From Spirochaetia bacterium (lineage in GTDB: Bacteria; Spirochaetota; Leptospiria; Turneriellales; JAOUOS01), in NCBI GenBank assembly GCA_029880265.1, contig JAOUOT010000002.1, positions 117,353-181,352 on the forward strand: a stretch of DNA of 64,000 nt. Reading direction: 5' to 3'. Under the pieces are notes generated by a model. The model ran no database searches and was not told the DNA's origin. It worked only from the letters and a program-made list of their open reading frames with translations. The position numbers and the translations under genes are program-made. Shown here in pieces: positions 62,250-64,000 of the stretch. Numbering within the stretch: position 1 is the stretch's first letter; each line of letters starts with the position of its first letter.

Positions 62250-63158
62250 ATGACGTCTGACGAACTGCAAAAAACAGAAGAAATTGCCCTGAAAATACGC
62301 CGTCTTGTTTTTGAGCATACCATTAAAAATAACGGCGGATATTTGAGCCAGGCCGCGTCTTCGGCCGATTTTCTTGCGGCTTTATACAGTAAAATATTAA
62401 ATCTGGGCAAATCAATCGCTCCTGATATGCCTCTTGCTTACGCCGGCAATCCATCTTCCATGAATAAAAACTATACAACAGGCGCCCTGTATCACGGCGA
62501 AAAAAAAGACGAATATGACAGATTTTTCGTTTCACCAGCCCATTACGCTCTGGTTATTTACGCCGCTTTAATCGCGGTCGGCAGAATGAACGAAAAGGCT
62601 CTTGACCTTTTTAATAAAGACGGCTCAAGCGTCGAGATGATAGGCGCCGAGCACTCTCCGGGTATGGAGGTCACCAACGGCTCTCTGGCACAGACTTTAA
62701 GCATGGCATCAGGAGTCGCTTTCGCCCGCAGGGTAAAAAAAGAAAAGGGCCGCGTATGGGTTTTTATCTCTGACGGCGAATTTCAAGAGGGCCAGACATG
62801 GGAGACCTTTTTAACCATGGGCCATTATAATTTAAATAATATGGCCGTTATCGCCGACATGAACGGCCAGCAATGCGACGGGGCGGTTCATACCGTCATG
62901 CAGATTGGCGATGTTGAACAAAAGCTTCGCGCCTTTGGGGCCAACGTAATGACAGTTGACGGACACAATATCAAAGAAATTTACAGGGCGTCAGAAATAA
63001 AGCCTTATAACGGCCCGCTTGTCATTTTAGCCAATACGTCCCCCTGGCGGGGCATGAACGCTTTAAAAAAAAGATACCCGAGGCTTCATTATGTTCGATT
63101 TAAAAGCGAAGCCGAAAAACAAAACCTAAAAGAAGAAATATCAAAACAGTTATATTAA
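62250..63158 (+). CDS. Transketolase-family N-terminal (ThDP-binding) subunit
   Basis: DRFFVSPAHY, NGSLAQ, the SDGEFQEGQTWE...N ThDP motif and VDGH. Confidence 0.9.
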   Translation: MTSDELQKTEEIALKIRRLVFEHTIKNNGGYLSQAASSADFLAALYSKILNLGKSIAPDMPLAYAGNPSSMNKNYTTGALYHGEKKDEYDRFFVSPAHYALVIYAALIAVGRMNEKALDLFNKDGSSVEMIGAEHSPGMEVTNGSLAQTLSMASGVAFARRVKKEKGRVWVFISDGEFQEGQTWETFLTMGHYNLNNMAVIADMNGQQCDGAVHTVMQIGDVEQKLRAFGANVMTVDGHNIKEIYRASEIKPYNGPLVILANTSPWRGMNALKKRYPRLHYVRFKSEAEKQNLKEEISKQLY

Positions 63159-63159
63159 A

Positions 63160-64000
63160 ATGAAAGTCGTTCAAAAACCATATGCAAAGGCGTTTATTGA
63201 TTTCGCGAAAGATAAAAAAGATGTTTATTGCGTAACCGCCGATTTAACCAGCTCGTGCGAAGTCGACACCTTCAGAGATCAGCATCCTGAACGTTTTATT
63301 TCGCTGGGAATGACAGAACAGAATATGGTAAGCTTTTGCTCAGGGCTCGCGATGGAGGGCTTTTGGCCGTTTATACACACGTTTGCCGTTTTTTTATACC
63401 GCAGGGTACTCGACCAAATTATCTGCTCTGCGGCCTACCCCAACAGAAAAGTTCGTCTGATGGGGTTCTTGCCCGGCATTACAACCCCCGGCGGTATTAC
63501 GCACCAGGCAATTGAAGATATAGCGGTTTTAAGATGCATACCGAATATGACCATTCTTGAAACCGGCGACGCGACCGAAGTTGAAACCGTACTTGATATC
63601 GCCGATTCTATTGACGGCCCGGTTTATGTAAGAGTTCTTCGCGGCGAAGTACTTCGGCTTTTTGATTCGCCTTTTCAGTTTAATCGTCTTCGCCTGCTTT
63701 CAGAGGGCGAAGACATCTTGCTTTTAACGTCGGGAATCATGACAGAAGAGGCCCTGAAAGTAACCGGCGCCTTAAAAAACGCGGGCGTTTCAATTTGCCA
63801 TCTTCATGTTTCAACCTTAAAACCGTTTGCCGAAAAAGAGTTTCTCGATTGTCTCTCAAAGGTAAAGCATGGGGTTATCACTCTTGAAAACCATGTTATA
63901 ACCGGCGGTCTCGGTTCGATTGTCTCTGAAATCATGGCTGAAAACGGCGTCTCTAAAAAGCTTACGCGTCTCGGTTTAAAAGATACCTTTGCCCACGGCG
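63160..64000 (+). CDS. Transketolase-family C-terminal subunit, runs off the window edge
   Basis: Manual translation from ATG at 63160 gives VTADL, HPERFISLGMTEQNM, GITHQAIED, IPNMT and GPVYVR. Confidence 0.9.
   Translation, partial: MKVVQKPYAKAFIDFAKDKKDVYCVTADLTSSCEVDTFRDQHPERFISLGMTEQNMVSFCSGLAMEGFWPFIHTFAVFLYRRVLDQIICSAAYPNRKVRLMGFLPGITTPGGITHQAIEDIAVLRCIPNMTILETGDATEVETVLDIADSIDGPVYVRVLRGEVLRLFDSPFQFNRLRLLSEGEDILLLTSGIMTEEALKVTGALKNAGVSICHLHVSTLKPFAEKEFLDCLSKVKHGVITLENHVITGGLGSIVSEIMAENGVSKKLTRLGLKDTFAHG

Overview
This is an AT-rich, gene-dense chromosomal window from a spirochaete, probably of the Leptospirae lineage. The evidence is the spirochaete flagellar collar protein FlbB in a flgBC-fliEFGHIJ operon, a DUF1577-like gene and spirochaete-type lipoprotein signals. 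Most genes are housekeeping: eno, ftsB, zapAB, lolA, ssb, ribBA, bfr, argS, queD, pcnB, tRNA-Ser, yidC-jag-mnmE, efp, pgk, uppP, ftsK and a split transketolase. Six observations stand out. (1) A 1983-aa protein is collinear with the type IX secretion translocon SprA/Sov, although that system is characterised in Bacteroidota. (2) A cytochrome cd1 nitrite reductase cluster (nirS, cytochrome c, nirN) is present, and all three products look like lipoproteins. (3) About 230 nt of extensively base-paired RNA lies directly upstream of nirS. (4) Three more structured intergenic elements are present: a 6S-like rod after cobA, a C-rich sRNA candidate and a MITE-like element. (5) Tandem zinc ribbons are fused in frame to LolA. 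(6) An exported protease gene is split by a frameshift. I saw no CRISPR array, prophage or transposase. All family calls come from recognising motifs by eye and all RNA pairings were worked out by hand; no database search or folding program was run.
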